From NCBI RefSeq assembly GCF_018977255.1, contig NW_024704743.1, forward strand, positions 89,840,001 to 89,904,000: a stretch of 64,000 bases of DNA. The letters run 5' to 3'. The DNA comes from Callorhinchus milii. Lineage: Eukaryota. This document shows, one piece after another, positions 51,285-64,000 of this stretch (positions within the stretch are counted from its first letter, which is position 1; each line of letters begins with the position of its first letter). The notes under the pieces are model-generated. The model saw nothing but the letters and a program-made list of their open reading frames with translations. It was not told the origin of the DNA and ran no database searches. Made by a program: the position numbers and the translations under genes.

Positions 51285-52998
51285 GCCACCTCTGCCCCGT
51301 CCCCCGACACCCTCACATCACCTCTCCCACATGACCCACCCTCCACCCATCCCCCCTATACTCCTTCACCCTATCTCTCCCTACTGCCTCACTGCCATCA
51401 TGCGTAAACTTAAACCCACCACCTGCTCCCTCGATCCCATCCCCTCGCTACTCATCTCCCAGCTCCACCTTCTGTCCCCTCTCCTGTCCAACATGATAAA
51501 CCTCTCCTTGTCCACCGGTTCAGTTCCCACCCTCCCAAAAAAAGCCATTATCATCCCCATCCTNAAAAAACCTTCCCTGGACCCATCCCTCTTCTCCAAC
51601 TACCGCCCCATCTCTAACCTCCTACTCCTCTCCAAGGTCCGGAATGAGTCTCATGTCCCAGCTCCGCTCTTTCTCTCTCGCCATTCTCTCTTTGAACCCC
51701 TCCAAGCCGGCTTCCGCACTGTCCACAGCACGGAAACAGCCCTGGTCACTAATGACATTCTGAATATCTGTGATCAGGGCTCCCTCTGCCTCCTTGTCCT
51801 CCTCGACCTCTCTGCCGTCTTCAACACCGCCTCTCCTCTTAACTTAATCTTCGCGGACCTGCCCTTGCCTGGATCGAATCTTATCTCTCTCACCGTCTCC
51901 ACTTTGTTGCCTCTAACGGTTTCTCCTCCAGCCCCCGCACTGTCACATGTGGTTTCCCCCAGGGCTTTGTCCTTAGCCCTCTCCTCTTTAATATCTACAT
52001 ATTCCCTCTTGGTGACATCATCCGCAGACATGGGGTCAACTTCCACATGTTTACGGATGACACCCAATTCCATCTTTCTGCCTCCACCATCAACTCCAGG
52101 ACCACTGCTGTCCTGACAGACTGCCTGTCGGACATCAAGTCCTGGATGAAGGCAAACTTCCTACAGTTGAAAGTGAACAAGACTGAGGTCCTCCTGATTG
52201 GCTCGCGCCAGCGCCTCTGCACTTCAGGCTCTGGCAACATCAACCACCATGGTTGCACACTACATCTCACCAAGCCAGTCAGGAACCTAGGTGTCTTGTT
52301 CGACCCTCAACTGTCTTTTCTTCCCCACATCCAAGCCATGACCCCCTCTGCCTTCCCTCACCTTCATAACATCACCCGACTCTGCCACTACCTCACCCCT
52401 CAGGTCACTGAAACTCTTGTTCACACCTTCATCACATCCAGGCTCGACTATGCAAATGTCCTACTTGTCGGCCTTCCCAACGCCTCCCTCCACAGGCTGC
52501 AGATAATCCAGAACACTGCAGCCTGTGTCCTCTCCCGCACCAAACTCCGTGATCCCATCTCCCCCATTCTCGCCCGACTCCTTTGGCTCCGTATCCTTCA
52601 GAGGATCCAGTTCAAGATCCTGGTCTTCACATCCAAAGCCCTCCGTGGCCTCGCCACACCCTACCTCTGCGACCTCCTAAACCCCTACCAATCTGCCCAC
52701 TCTCTCCGCTCAGCCGGCTCTTGCCTGCTCCATGTCCCCTGAACCACACGCCCCATCATTGGCGGGAGAGCCCTCAGCCATTCTGCCCCCAACCTCTGGA
52801 ATTCCATCCCCCAATCACTCCGCCTCACCCCCTCCTTAGCTTCCTTCAAGTCCAGATTCAAAACCCTCCTTTTCGACCATGCCATCGGTCACCCCCCTTC
52901 CCCTCCCCTCCCTTCTCCCCCCCGACCCCAGCTCAGGTCTGAAATGCTGTACACTATCCAGCACCTTGGGACGTCCTCCCGACATGAAAGGTGCTATA
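51285..52998 (+). mobile_element. L2 LINE, decayed RT through 3' end
   Basis: [30 protein letters not shown]. Confidence 0.95.
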
Positions 52999-53124
52999 CC
53001 GCAGTGGCGTTACAAACTACTTTGAAGAATATGCAATATGGATAAACTTAGACAACTGCTGTAAGCGACATCTACACCAAATTCCGTATTCTATTCCCTG
53101 ACTTATCTTGGGTCAAAAGATGTC

Positions 53125-53510
53125 TATTTGCTCAGTTGGTAGCACTCCCTGCATCTTTGTCAAAAGGTTGTGAGTTTAAGTTGCACATTGGGATTTGACC
53201 TCAGAATCTAGGAAAGCACTGCTTTGTCAGAGATGCTGCCTTTTGGATGAAATATTAAACTGAGGTCCCATCTGTCTGTTTCCAGGTGCATGTCAAAGAT
53301 GGCATTATTCAAATAGAGAACGGAGTTTATTCCCTGTGTCCTGGCCAACAATTCTCCAGATAAATTGATTATTCACCTCATGAGTGCATACAGGACAATG
53401 CTGTGCATAAATTGACTAGTGCAGTTGTCTATGAATAAACAGTCACAACACTTGTCAATAATTATTCTGAAGCACTTCAAAACGTTTTGATACGATGCAC
53501 TATAAAAATA
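53125..53510 (+). mobile_element. Old Deu-type SINE
   Basis: gctcagttggtagcact head and central domain. Confidence 0.65.
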
Positions 53511-55027
53511 TATTCTTGGATCTGGTAGCTACCATAACTGTATCTAATATTTAATGCTAAAAGTCTTTTAAGTAACATATAGGCATTACTATATAAAAAG
53601 AATTGTCACTTCAAGCCACGACTGTTTGTCGGACACTGCTCTGAGCCATTGGCTGCTGCGTTTCGCCCAAAAAATTACACAGTCAAGTATATTTAAGACA
53701 TCTCGAAGATGTGATAAGGCTTATATCAAGTGCAAGGATCATTATTATTATTATTATTATTATAGGCATTCCATTGAGAAAACCAGAGATCTACTCAAAA
53801 CCAAAATTCTACAATGATATCAAGAAAATCTCAAGTCTCTGGGGTAAACCACAGATGTATCTTGAGTTCTTAATTATTAGAATAAAAGTCTAGACACTGT
53901 GTAGATTTGGATAATCAAAGTAAAAAGAAGAGTATAAATATTTTTACCTGTATTTTCAAGTCAAGACTAGCAAGATGTAACTCTGAAATGGAAATGATAC
54001 AAAGGCTCCTTTTATAGACCCTTCAAACACAAATATTGCTGACTTATCCTTCTCAGTATTGCTATGACTCATAAATTCCATCCAAACCCAACCCACAGCT
54101 GTTGACGAAATAACAAATAGGACAGTAACCCAATAACTCTTGAAAGGGATTCCCAAAGCATAAAATCTGCCTCCAATACTAGGTAATCATGCTGAAGTCC
54201 TCACTGTTGCAAATCATTTTGAAGTGTTATCCAGTTGATTTAAGGAGGTATTTTTATATGGTACACGTCTTGCAAAACTGCTTACTAGGTTAACAATTAG
54301 ATCAACAGTTCCAGTGAGGATTACATGTGATATCAGGAGGATGGAATATTGGGATATGACATGGTACATTTTCAGACCTTGATCCACAATTTAGGGAGCC
54401 ATTATATTGATCAACACTGGTTTCGAGCAAAATTTCCAGAATATCCATCAGTAGCCACAGCTCCATTATTCCAAATCTGGCTCCTTTTCATTTACAATAA
54501 ATCTCCCCTTCCCTGCCATGGGCCCAGGTTGTTCCCAACTATTGTGTCCTGACTCTTGAATGAAAAAAAAGATGTATGGATGAAATTCGTATTGCTTCTT
54601 ATAATTATCACAGAAAATACAATATGGAATGCCATGGATGCATATGTTTTGTATATTTTGTATATAAATTTGTATATATTCCTTATGATAATTATCATAG
54701 AAAACACAATACAGAATGCCATTGATGTCACCCCATTGCTAGAGATTATATTCATTTTAATTAAACTAGGCTGACGACTGGCAAACAACATTAAGCCACA
54801 ATTGGTTTCTTGGTCAATCACTCTTTCAGGTTTCAATTGTAAAGCTTCTTATTTTGTTCCTCAGTCCCACTGCAGGACAGTGGCATTGTTTGCATATCAT
54901 GTTCATTAGCTTCCTATCTACCAATTTTACTTTACATCATTTGTTTCCCAGTCTTTTGTTTCCTTTTGCTGTGCTCTCTGTGACCTATTCCTCATACCCT
55001 CCCCACTAACCTGATATCTTCTGTGGT

Positions 55028-55505
55028 ATCAGCCTGGATCAGTTGGTAGTGCTCTTGTCTCAGAGTCAGAAGGTTGTGAGCTCAACTCTCAAGTCAGGAC
55101 TTTGAGCACACATACTCATAGCAACAACAACAACAATAACTTGGATTTATATAGCACTCCTCACGCTGGATGGCGTCTCAGAGCGCTTGAACACTTCAGT
55201 GCAGTGCTTGGGGCTCAGTGGCTACATTAAACAAAGGTTCTGTTTGCTTATTCAGAATAATGTGCAAGATCTCATGGGTCTATTTGAAAATAGAAGGGAG
55301 TTTCTCCTGGTGTCCTGGCCAACAATCCTCCAGATAAAATTGATCATTCACTCCATGGCTGTGTGGGGGACAATACAGTGCACAAATTAGTTGGTATGTT
55401 TGCCTATAAAATATGGTCACTATATTTTTCAGTAAATCTTGTGAAGTCCTTTGAGATGCCGTCTTGTTGTGAAAGATGCTGCATCAAAAGTAAGGATTAT
55501 TTATG
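55028..55505 (+). mobile_element. Deu-type SINE with a short antisense L2 tail inserted (about 55121-55186)
   Basis: Head cagcctggatcagttggtag; insert matches the reverse complement of 47765-47827. Confidence 0.75.
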
Positions 55506-56370
55506 ATTTCTTTTTCCCAATTTCCAGTCATGCTTTCAGAGCCTTTCTTCTTTTGTTTAATTTATCTGTGTCACCCTTTATCCATCTCCCCCTCCTGCAT
55601 TCTCTTTGCCTTTTTATTACTCAAGTACCTACTCTGGTTGCTCCACAACTTTCAGCTTTCAGCACTCTTGCCTCTTGTGATCACTTAGCATAAAGAGACG
55701 TGATCACAGAATTAGCTTGGATGAAAAAGACCCTTCGGCCCATCTGACCTCATTCTTCTAGAACCCACCCAATCGTCCTTACATCACAGTTTCATGCTGC
55801 TTTTTAAAACGCCTTGTGATATCCTCCCAACAAGAACAGCACCATATAAATGTAAATTGGCATTATATTGTTTTGTATTGGGTTCTGTGTCTAGACGTCA
55901 ACCACTGGAACCTCTTCTGATATCCTTCCTGGTATCTGACCTGAATTTGCCTCTTTACAACTCTAAACCCATGTCATCTTTCACCCACAAAATATACAAT
56001 TAATTCACTTTGCAGTATATTCTGTGAAGTGTTTTGAGACATCTTGAAGACGTGATAGGTGCTATATCAAATGCAAGGATTATTATCTTGTTCAACTGCT
56101 CTGGTACATCCAAAAGTATTGTTCTGGATCTACTTTTTTATCCGATTTAAAATGTTATTCTTCCAACCCCTCATCTCCTGCATTCAAATCTGGTCTTCTT
56201 CCATTTACAAACAACATTCTTGCTCTTACCTCTGACCCCAGACATACTGAAGCAATTGTGTCCTTAATGTTAAGTAGATAAAAAAATATTGTTGTCATAT
56301 TCATTCTTGTTAATTTCTATCATTGACTGTCAATCAAAAGGCATACAACAGCTCATGATTGTTCCTAATC

Positions 56371-56690
56371 TAATAATAATAATCCTTGCATTTGATATAG
56401 CGCTTTTCACGTCGGGAGGACGTCCCAAAGCGCTTCACAGAACACACTGTAAAGTGAATTGACTGTATATTTGTGGGCGAACGCGGCAGCCAATTGCGCA
56501 CAGCAATGTCCCACAAACAGTCGTAGATTGAAAATGACCAATTTAATTATTGTTTTTGGTTTTTTGGAGGGATTATTATTAGGCGTGTGGAGTAAGGAAA
56601 CTTGCCCAAGGTTTCGCCCTCTGCCGGGAATTGAACTCAGGTCTCTCACTTGCAAAGCGAGTGCTCTAACCACTGAGCTACAGGACTCCA
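56371..56690 (-). mobile_element. Young tRNA-SINE (internally deleted form)
   Basis: Near-identical to 4781-5107. Confidence 0.9.
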
Positions 56691-57374
56691 CTTCTGTAAT
56701 AACTACAGAAGTATCAAGATTCTGGATCCATCAATAATGCTTCCTAGTGACTGCAGGATCTTGTGACTGGATTTCATATTTTTTAGCCTTTTTCACACTT
56801 GCGGGAGAAAAGCCCCCAGAGTCTAGATTTTCTCTATTAATAATTTAGCATTTCGGATCATCCAGAATTTGGCAAATAATTGTTGAATTCAGTCTTAATT
56901 TTCAAGTCGATTTTACGTAATTCTTAAAGTTACAGAACACTAGCTTTAAAATTAAGTTTATATAAGAATTTGCCATATTCTGATCACTCTGACATGTTAA
57001 TATAAATAAAGTAAATCTAGACCCAGAAGGAATTACTACCCTTGCTGCTTGGCAGTAGTGAATGGGCTAATCAAACATTTTATTTCTTACAACATTTTCA
57101 GAATATTAAGGCAAATGTATCTGCATCTTAAAGATGCTCCTGATGTCACAGCACATTGAATAACACATCCTCAATATCAGTTCTGATGTTCAAGACTTAA
57201 TGAAATTGATTTGAAAACATTCTCGCTATTTGTTTTTTTCCTTAGTAGCTTGAACTTGACACATCAATCGCTTTTTTTCATTTTGGAATGCAATAAAACT
57301 GAGTACCCAGCAGAAAATCAATTGGAAAAGAAATGCTCTATTTGTATTTATAAAGGTATGTTTATTTACGCTCC

Positions 57375-58324
57375 ACTCTAGCCTCGGCCAAGTTGTCCTT
57401 CTACTCCAGGATAATCCTGGAGGCGAAGAACAACCCCAGGCTTCTGTTTTCTACCACATCCCGACTCCTCCGTCCCCCCCGCCACCCCACGCAGGTCATC
57501 TCCTCCAACCTTCACTGTGAGGAGATGCTGCATTCTCCACCTCTCAAAGCCGGTCAGGAACCTCGGCGTTTTGTTCGACCCTGAGCTGTCCTTTCTCCCT
57601 CATATCCGCGCCACAACTGGCACCGCCTTCCATCACCTCCGGAACATCGCCAGACTATGGCACTACCTCACCCCTCACGCTGCTGAAGCTCTGGTCCACG
57701 CTTTGATCACCTCAAGGCTGGACTATGGGAACGCTCTCCTCGCCGGCCTTCCCGCCACCTCCCTCCACAAGCTGCAGGTCATTCAGAACTCTGCAGCTCG
57801 TGTACTGTCCCGCACCAGGCTTCGGGACCACATCACTCCCACCCTCGCTCCCTTCCACTGGAGGCTCCAGAGGATCGATTTCAAGATCCTCATCCTCACC
57901 TACAAGGTCATTCACGGCCTTGCTCCCTCCTACCTCTCCGACCTACTATCCCCCTACGTACCTGTCTGTACCCTCCGTTCCTTTGGCTCCGGTCTGCTCC
58001 ACATCCCCCGCCCCAACCGTCCTACCATCGGTGGCCGGGCCTTCAGCCTCTCAGCCCCGAGGCTCTGGAACTCTATCCCCCAGTGCCTTCGCCGCTTCCT
58101 CCCTTTCCTCCTTCAAGGCTGGTCTCAAGACCTTTCTCTTTGACCGTGCCTTCAGCTCCCCTCTCGACTCTCTACCCCCTCCTTGCTCCCTCCCTTCCCT
58201 CCCCTCACCCTAACCATTTCCCCCCTGCTCAGGTCCTGACCCAACTGTACAGCGCAATGGGACGTTCTCCGGACGTGAAAGACACTCTATAAATGGAATC
58301 TTGTTGTTGTTGTTGTTGTTGTTG
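57375..58324 (+). mobile_element. L2 LINE, internally deleted, with 3' tail
   Basis: KLSFYSRIILEAKNNPRLLF joined to LHLSKPVRNLGVLFD; (ttg)n tail. Confidence 0.92.
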
Positions 58325-58615
58325 TATCATCCAACAAACTCTGATTTTGATGTTAGAAAAGTATTCTTTTGAACAAAAGTACATTATTTGAAATAAGTGT
58401 ATTGAATTTCATTTATTCGTTTATGAGAGAAGTTCTGAAGGTTGTCACACCAAGGTTACATGTTATTTATAGCACAAAATTAATTTACAGTGCAAGACAC
58501 ATTGAACTTGAATTTGTGGTCAAGTGGTACTGATCATATCAAATGGGTATTGGGGTTTGACCCGTAACTCCATCCTCAACAATGAAATTGGAGAAACTGG
58601 GCCATTGTTTCAGTT

Positions 58616-58960
58616 GATAATAATCCTTGCATTTGATATAGCTCCTATCACATCTTCAAGACGGTTCAAAGTGTTTCACAAAACATACTGTATATTTGAC
58701 CGTATATTTTGTGGGTGAAATGCAGCAGCCAATTGGGCACAGCAGTGTCCCACAAACAGTCGTGTTTTGAGTGACCAAATGTATTAATTTTATTTTGCAG
58801 GGATTATTAAACCCGGAAAAGTGGACTGACAATTGACCAACAAACGGGTTCATACTTACAGCTGGGTAATCAGAGGCATGTGGAGTAAGGAAACTTGCCT
58901 AACGTTTTGCCCTGCCCGAGAATCAAACCCAGGTCCTCTCGCTTGCGAGGCGAGTGCAGA
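58616..58960 (-). mobile_element. tRNA-SINE (long form)
   Basis: Tail, central domain and partial head. Confidence 0.8.
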
Positions 58961-60588
58961 TCACAGATCATGGACTTCAACTACGACTCAGCACAACACT
59001 GTGCCTTCAGCTTTTCTGTTACCTTGGGAACTCCCTGTCTCAATCTTTCCATCTTGCCTCCTCTTTGTCCAAATTTAGACAGCACCTGATGACTTTCCTC
59101 TTCGAGTTTACAGCATGGGATCAGGCCATTCAGCCCAACCAGTTCTTGCCAGTGTTTATATACCACATGAGTGAAGTTGTACTGAAAAGCCACGGGAACC
59201 ATGATTGAACTCTGACTCTCTGCTAAATGTCACACAAACCTCCTCTTCCATATTTTTCTGTTTTAGTGAAACTTCCTGTACCGACATATCTGCCCTTTAA
59301 CCTTATCACAAGATCTTCCAACCCCTGCATTGCTTGTGCAACAGGAGAAAGTCCAGCTATATTCTTGATTCACACTCACTCCCATGGGTTAGAAGGCACT
59401 ATGATTACTGTCTGGTGGTTGCATTTCTCCCAGCCAGCTTTTTAATGTAGTCAGTAAAGTGTGCTTCTGGATTCCACAAGTGGGTCAATAAGATTGTAAG
59501 AAATTCTCATCCTCAAAGAACTTAGGAAATATAGGTTAAAAACGAACAGAAAAAAAGGGTACTTGATCATCTGCTTGCTCCTGTTAATTGTTACTTGCTC
59601 CTGCTACAAATTAAAACAATTCTACCTTATTGTGGATTTCAAGGGGAATATTTTCCTGGACCTCGACATGCACAAATGCCAGAATATTCACTTGTCAGCA
59701 AAAATTCCAATATTCAAACAAGCTCTCCTTCCCTTGATCAACAACATTCACCCTTCTCTTCCTCACTAGCTCTACCAGCACAGAACGTATTCTGTCAGCA
59801 GGGGTACTTGTTCATCTACATCTACACCTATATACACCTTCTAGTATTGTTTAGCATATGTTTAAGCATATTAATTTGAAGGAGTTAATACACAATTAAA
59901 AACAGTTAAGAGACAATTAATTTGTTTGTTTGAAGTAAGTGCAGATATGTCCAGGACTACGAGGGAAATAATTCAACTAATTTTTAGTTAGTACTTTTAT
60001 TTTAAACCTTTGATCCCTAATATTACAGTGATTACATTTGGGAGTCAGTGACTTAAGAGAGGATGGGAAGTTTGGAGATGGGTTAGTAGTTGGAGAACAT
60101 GGAGTTGTTGAGTGAACATAATTTGGAGGGAGGGAGTGATAATGATGGTTTTGAAAGCGGGGTGAGATTTGCAAGAGGAGATTGCTGCTTTCTACTGCGA
60201 ACTCTGATCATTAGTATGTCATTTCTGGTGGAGCCTCATGTTGGCTTGGTCCTACAGCAGGTTTTGGCCATCCCAGCACAGCATCATCTAATGCTTGGAA
60301 ACGATTTCCTCGCATGAAAGGAGATAAATAAATGTAAATTGTATTGTATTGTTGTAGCCTCAGTGAAGAATCTTTCAATGCTCATAGACACTGGAGCCTG
60401 GAAGAATTTTTCCCAAAAAGCTGTCACTACATTCTGTACCTCTTTGATAATCAAAGAGTACAGAGGAGAAGTGAAAAGGGAAATATAATCAAAGAGAATA
60501 TAGGAAGTACAGAGGAGAAGTGAAAAGGGAAGTAAGATGGGCGAAGAGATTGTATGAGAAAAGATTAGCAGGAAACATAAAAGGGAAC

Positions 60589-61153
60589 ATAGAGTATTGT
60601 GTGCAGTTTTGGTCTCCTTATTTAAAAAAGGACATACTTGCCCTAGAGGGGGTGCAGCGTAGATTCACTCGGTTAGTTCCTGGGATGAGAGGACTGACCT
60701 ATGAGGATAGGCTGAATAAACTAGGGCTGTATTCTCTAGAGTACAGAAAAATTAGGGGGGATCTTATTGAAACTTCTAAGATTCTTAAGGGGCTGATAAA
60801 GTAGACACTGAGGGACTGTTTCCTCTGGTAGGAGAATCTATAACCAGGGGTCACAGTCTTAAAATTAAGGGTCAGCCTCTTAGAACAGAGTTGAGGAAAC
60901 ATTTCTTCACTCAGAGGGTAGTAAACTTATGGAATTCACTACCCCAGAAGGCTGTAGATGCTCAGTCCTTGAACATTTTTAAGACTGAGACTGATAGATT
61001 CTTGAAAAATAGAGTGATTAGGGGATATGGGGATAGGGCAGATAATCGGAGTTAGGTGAGAAGATCAGCCATGATCTTATTGAATGGCGGAGCAGGCACG
61101 AAGGGCCGAATGGCATACTCCTGCTCCTAATTCTTATGTTCTTATGTTCTTAT
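60589..61153 (+). mobile_element. CR1 3' fragment of a different subfamily nested in the host CR1
   Basis: EYCVQFWSP..RGDLIET, (ttcttatg)n tail, ggaac duplicated at 60584-60588 and 61154-61158. Confidence 0.88.
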
Positions 61154-62493
61154 GGAACCCTAAGGTATTTTATAAGCATATCAAGAGTAAAAGGTTAGTT
61201 AAAGGTAGGGTGGGTCCAATTAGGGACCCAAGTGGAAATCTTCTTCTTGAGACAGAGGGCATGGCTGATGTACTAAATAAGTACTTTGCAAGTTTTCACA
61301 AAAGAAGACGATGCAACCAATGCCACAATATCGCAGCCGTGTGAACAGAAATTGGATATGATAAAAATCAACCGAGAAGAGGTACTAAGAAGGCTGTCGG
61401 TGCTCAACATAGATAAGTCACCTGGTCCGGATGGGATGCATTCTAGGTTACTGAGGGAAGCAAGGGTGAAAATAACAGAGGCTCTGGCCACAATCTTTCT
61501 ATCCTCTTTGGATACTGGAGTGGTGCCAGAGGACTGGAAGGTTGCAAATGTTACTCCTCTGTACAAAAAGGGGCAGAAGGATACACCTGAGAAATACAGG
61601 CCAATCAGCTTAACATCAGTAGTAGAGAAGCTTCTGGAGTCTATAATCCAGGACCATAACAATTCTCACTTAGAAAAATATGGTTTAATAAAGGACAATC
61701 AACACAGATTTGTTAAAGGCAGATCATGTCTGACAAACCTAATAGGTTTGATGAAATGACTGAGAGGCTGGATGAAAGTAGTGCAGTAGATATAACTTTT
61801 CAAAAGGCATTTGACAAAGTGCCACATAAGAGACTTATAAACAAAATAGAAGCCCACGGTATTAAAGGGACTGTGGCAACATAGATCCAGAACTGGCTAG
61901 GAGACAGAAAGCAGAGAGTGGTAATAAAGGGGTGTTTTTCCGACTGGAGGGAGGTGTGTAGTGGTGTTCCTCAGGGGTCGGTAATGTGACTACTGCTCTT
62001 TCTGATCTATATTAATGATCTAGACCTGGATACAGGGAGCACAATTTCCAAATTTGCAGACGATACTAAGCTAGGAAAAGTAGTTAATGGTGAGGAGGAT
62101 AGCACCAGACTTCAAGAGGACTTAGACAGATTGGTAAAATGGGCAGAAACGTGACAGATGAGGTTTAATGTGGAGAAGTGTGAAGTGTTGCATTTTGGTA
62201 GGAAGAATGAGGAGAGGCAGAATAAGCTAGATGGTACAATCTTAAAGGTGGCAAATGAATAGAGAGACCTGGGGGTTCATATAAGCAAATTGGTAGGACA
62301 GGTAGATAAAGCTGTTAAAAAAGCATACGGGATACTAGGTTTTATAAATAGTGGCAGAGAATTCAAAAGTCAGGAAGTTATGTTGAATATTTATAAAATG
62401 CTGGTTAGGCCTCAGTTGGAGTACTGGGTTCAGTTCTGGGCACTGTACTTTAGGAAAGATGTTAGGGCACTGGAGACGGTGCAAAGGAGGTCT

Positions 62494-63865
62494 ACAACAA
62501 CAACAACAACAACAACAACAAGATTCCATTTATAAAGCGCCTTTCACGTCAGGAGGACGTCCCAAGGCGCTGCACAGTTGGGTCATGACCCAAGCAGGGG
62601 GGAAATGGTCAGGGTGAGGGGAGGGAAGGGAGGGAGCGAGGAGGGGAAGAGAGTCGAGAGGGGAGCTGAAGGCTCGGTCAAAGAGAAAGGTTTTGAGACC
62701 GGCCTTGAAGGAGGAAAGGGAGGAAGCGGCGAAGGCACTGGGGGATAGAGTTCCAGAGCCTAGGGGCTGAGAGGCTGAAGGCCCGACCACCGATGGTAGG
62801 GCGATTGGGGCGGGGGACGTGGAGCAGACCGGAGCCAGAGGAACGGAGGGTACGGGCAGGTAGGTAGGGGGATAGTAGGTTGGAGAGGTAGGAGGGAGCG
62901 AGGCCGTGAATGGCCTTGTAGGTGAGGATGAGGATCTTGAAATCAATCCTCTGGGGGATGGGGAGCCAGTGGAGGCGAGCGAGGGTGGGAGTGATGTGGT
63001 CGCGAAGCCTGGTGCGGGACAGTACACGAGCTGCAGAGTTCTGAATGACCTGCAGCTTGTGGAGGGAGGTGGCGGGAAGGCCGGCGAGGAGAGAGTTCCC
63101 ATAGTCCAGCCTTGAGGTGACAAAGGCGTGAACCAGGGTTTCAGCAGCGTGAGCGTGAGGTAATGCCGTAGTCTGGCGATGTTCCGGAGGTGATGGAAGG
63201 CGGTGCCAGTTGTGGTGCGGATGTGAGGGAGAAAGGACAGCTCAGGGTCGAACAAAACGCCGAGGTTCCTGACCGGCTTTGAGAGGTGGAGAGTGCAGCC
63301 TTGGATGCTGATGGTGTCGGCGCCTGAGGTGCGGAGGCGCTGACGTGAGCCAATCAGGAGGGCTCGGTTTTTCGCACGTTGAGCTGAAGAAAGTTGTCTC
63401 TCGTCCAGGACTCGATGTCGGACAGGCAGGCTGTCAGGACATCGGTGGTCGTGGAGTTGAGAGTAGAGGAGGAAAGGTAGAGTTGGGTGTCATCCGCATA
63501 CATGTGGAAGTTAACTCCATGTCTGCGGATGATGTCACCGAGGGGGAGCATATAGAGGGTGAAGAGGAGGGGACCGAGGACAGAGCCCTGAGGGACACCA
63601 CATGAGACAGTACGGGGGGTGGAGGAGAAGCCATTCGTCGAGACAAAGTGAAGACGGTGAGAAAGGTACGACCTAAACCATTCAAGGACAGTGCCTTGAA
63701 GGTTGAGGTGGGAGGACAAGCGGTGGAGTAGGATAGCGTGGTCGACTGTATCGAATGCTGCCGATAGGTCGAGGAGGACGAGGAGGCAGAGGGAGCCCTG
63801 GTCACAGATGGTCAGGATATCATTGGTGACCTTGACCAGGGCAGTTTCTGTGCTATGGGCAGCAC
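62494..63865 (-). mobile_element. Young L2 LINE nested antisense in the host CR1
   Basis: [21 protein letters not shown], (ttg)n tail; the host VQRR|..RMVPGM is split here. Confidence 0.95.
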
Positions 63866-64000
63866 GATGGTACTAGGATGGTACCAGGAATGAAGGACCT
63901 TAGTTATGAGGAGAGGTTAGCGAAACGAGGATTATTCTCCCTAGAGCAGAAAAGATTAAGAGGGGATTTAATAGAGGTTTTCAAGATCATGAGAGGATTT

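Larger units (their letters stand above)
60450..64000 (+). mobile_element. Host CR1 LINE ORF2 (decayed), interrupted by two later insertions and running off the window
   Basis: KSPGPDGMH, VPEDWKVANVTPLYKKG, YRPISLTS, KFADDTKL; resumes at 61154 and about 63866. Confidence 0.93.

Overview
Vertebrate genomic DNA, most likely a cartilaginous fish and plausibly a chimaera, judged from the SINE/L2/CR1/Penelope repeat landscape (inference). It holds two convergent protein-coding genes. The first is the 3' part of dihydropyrimidinase DPYS (+ strand, eight coding exons, 541-15865; the 5' exons lie outside the window). The second is a complete DCSTAMP coding region (- strand, three coding exons, 45326-38880, about 482 aa). 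This tail-to-tail arrangement matches the DPYS/DCSTAMP order known from other vertebrates. A 2-kb block with two DPYS exons appears twice on either side of a 25-N gap, probably an assembly artefact. The rest is densely packed with tRNA-derived SINEs and L2 and CR1 LINE fragments, several of them nested. Most notable: (1) an LTR-element remnant (26256-~27800, -) with PPT, 3' LTR and a 190-codon env-like ORF that lacks gamma-type motifs and resembles paramyxo/pneumovirus F-type fusion proteins by eye; (2) a DPYS with intact catalytic residues plus a CRMP-like C-terminal tail on a terminal coding exon; (3) a minimal hammerhead ribozyme in a Penelope-type repeat at about 18420-18458; (4) a hairpin and direct-repeat cluster 3' of DPYS; (5) possible decayed exon remnants. 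Repeat boundaries are read by eye and are approximate; exon numbering follows recalled human gene structure.
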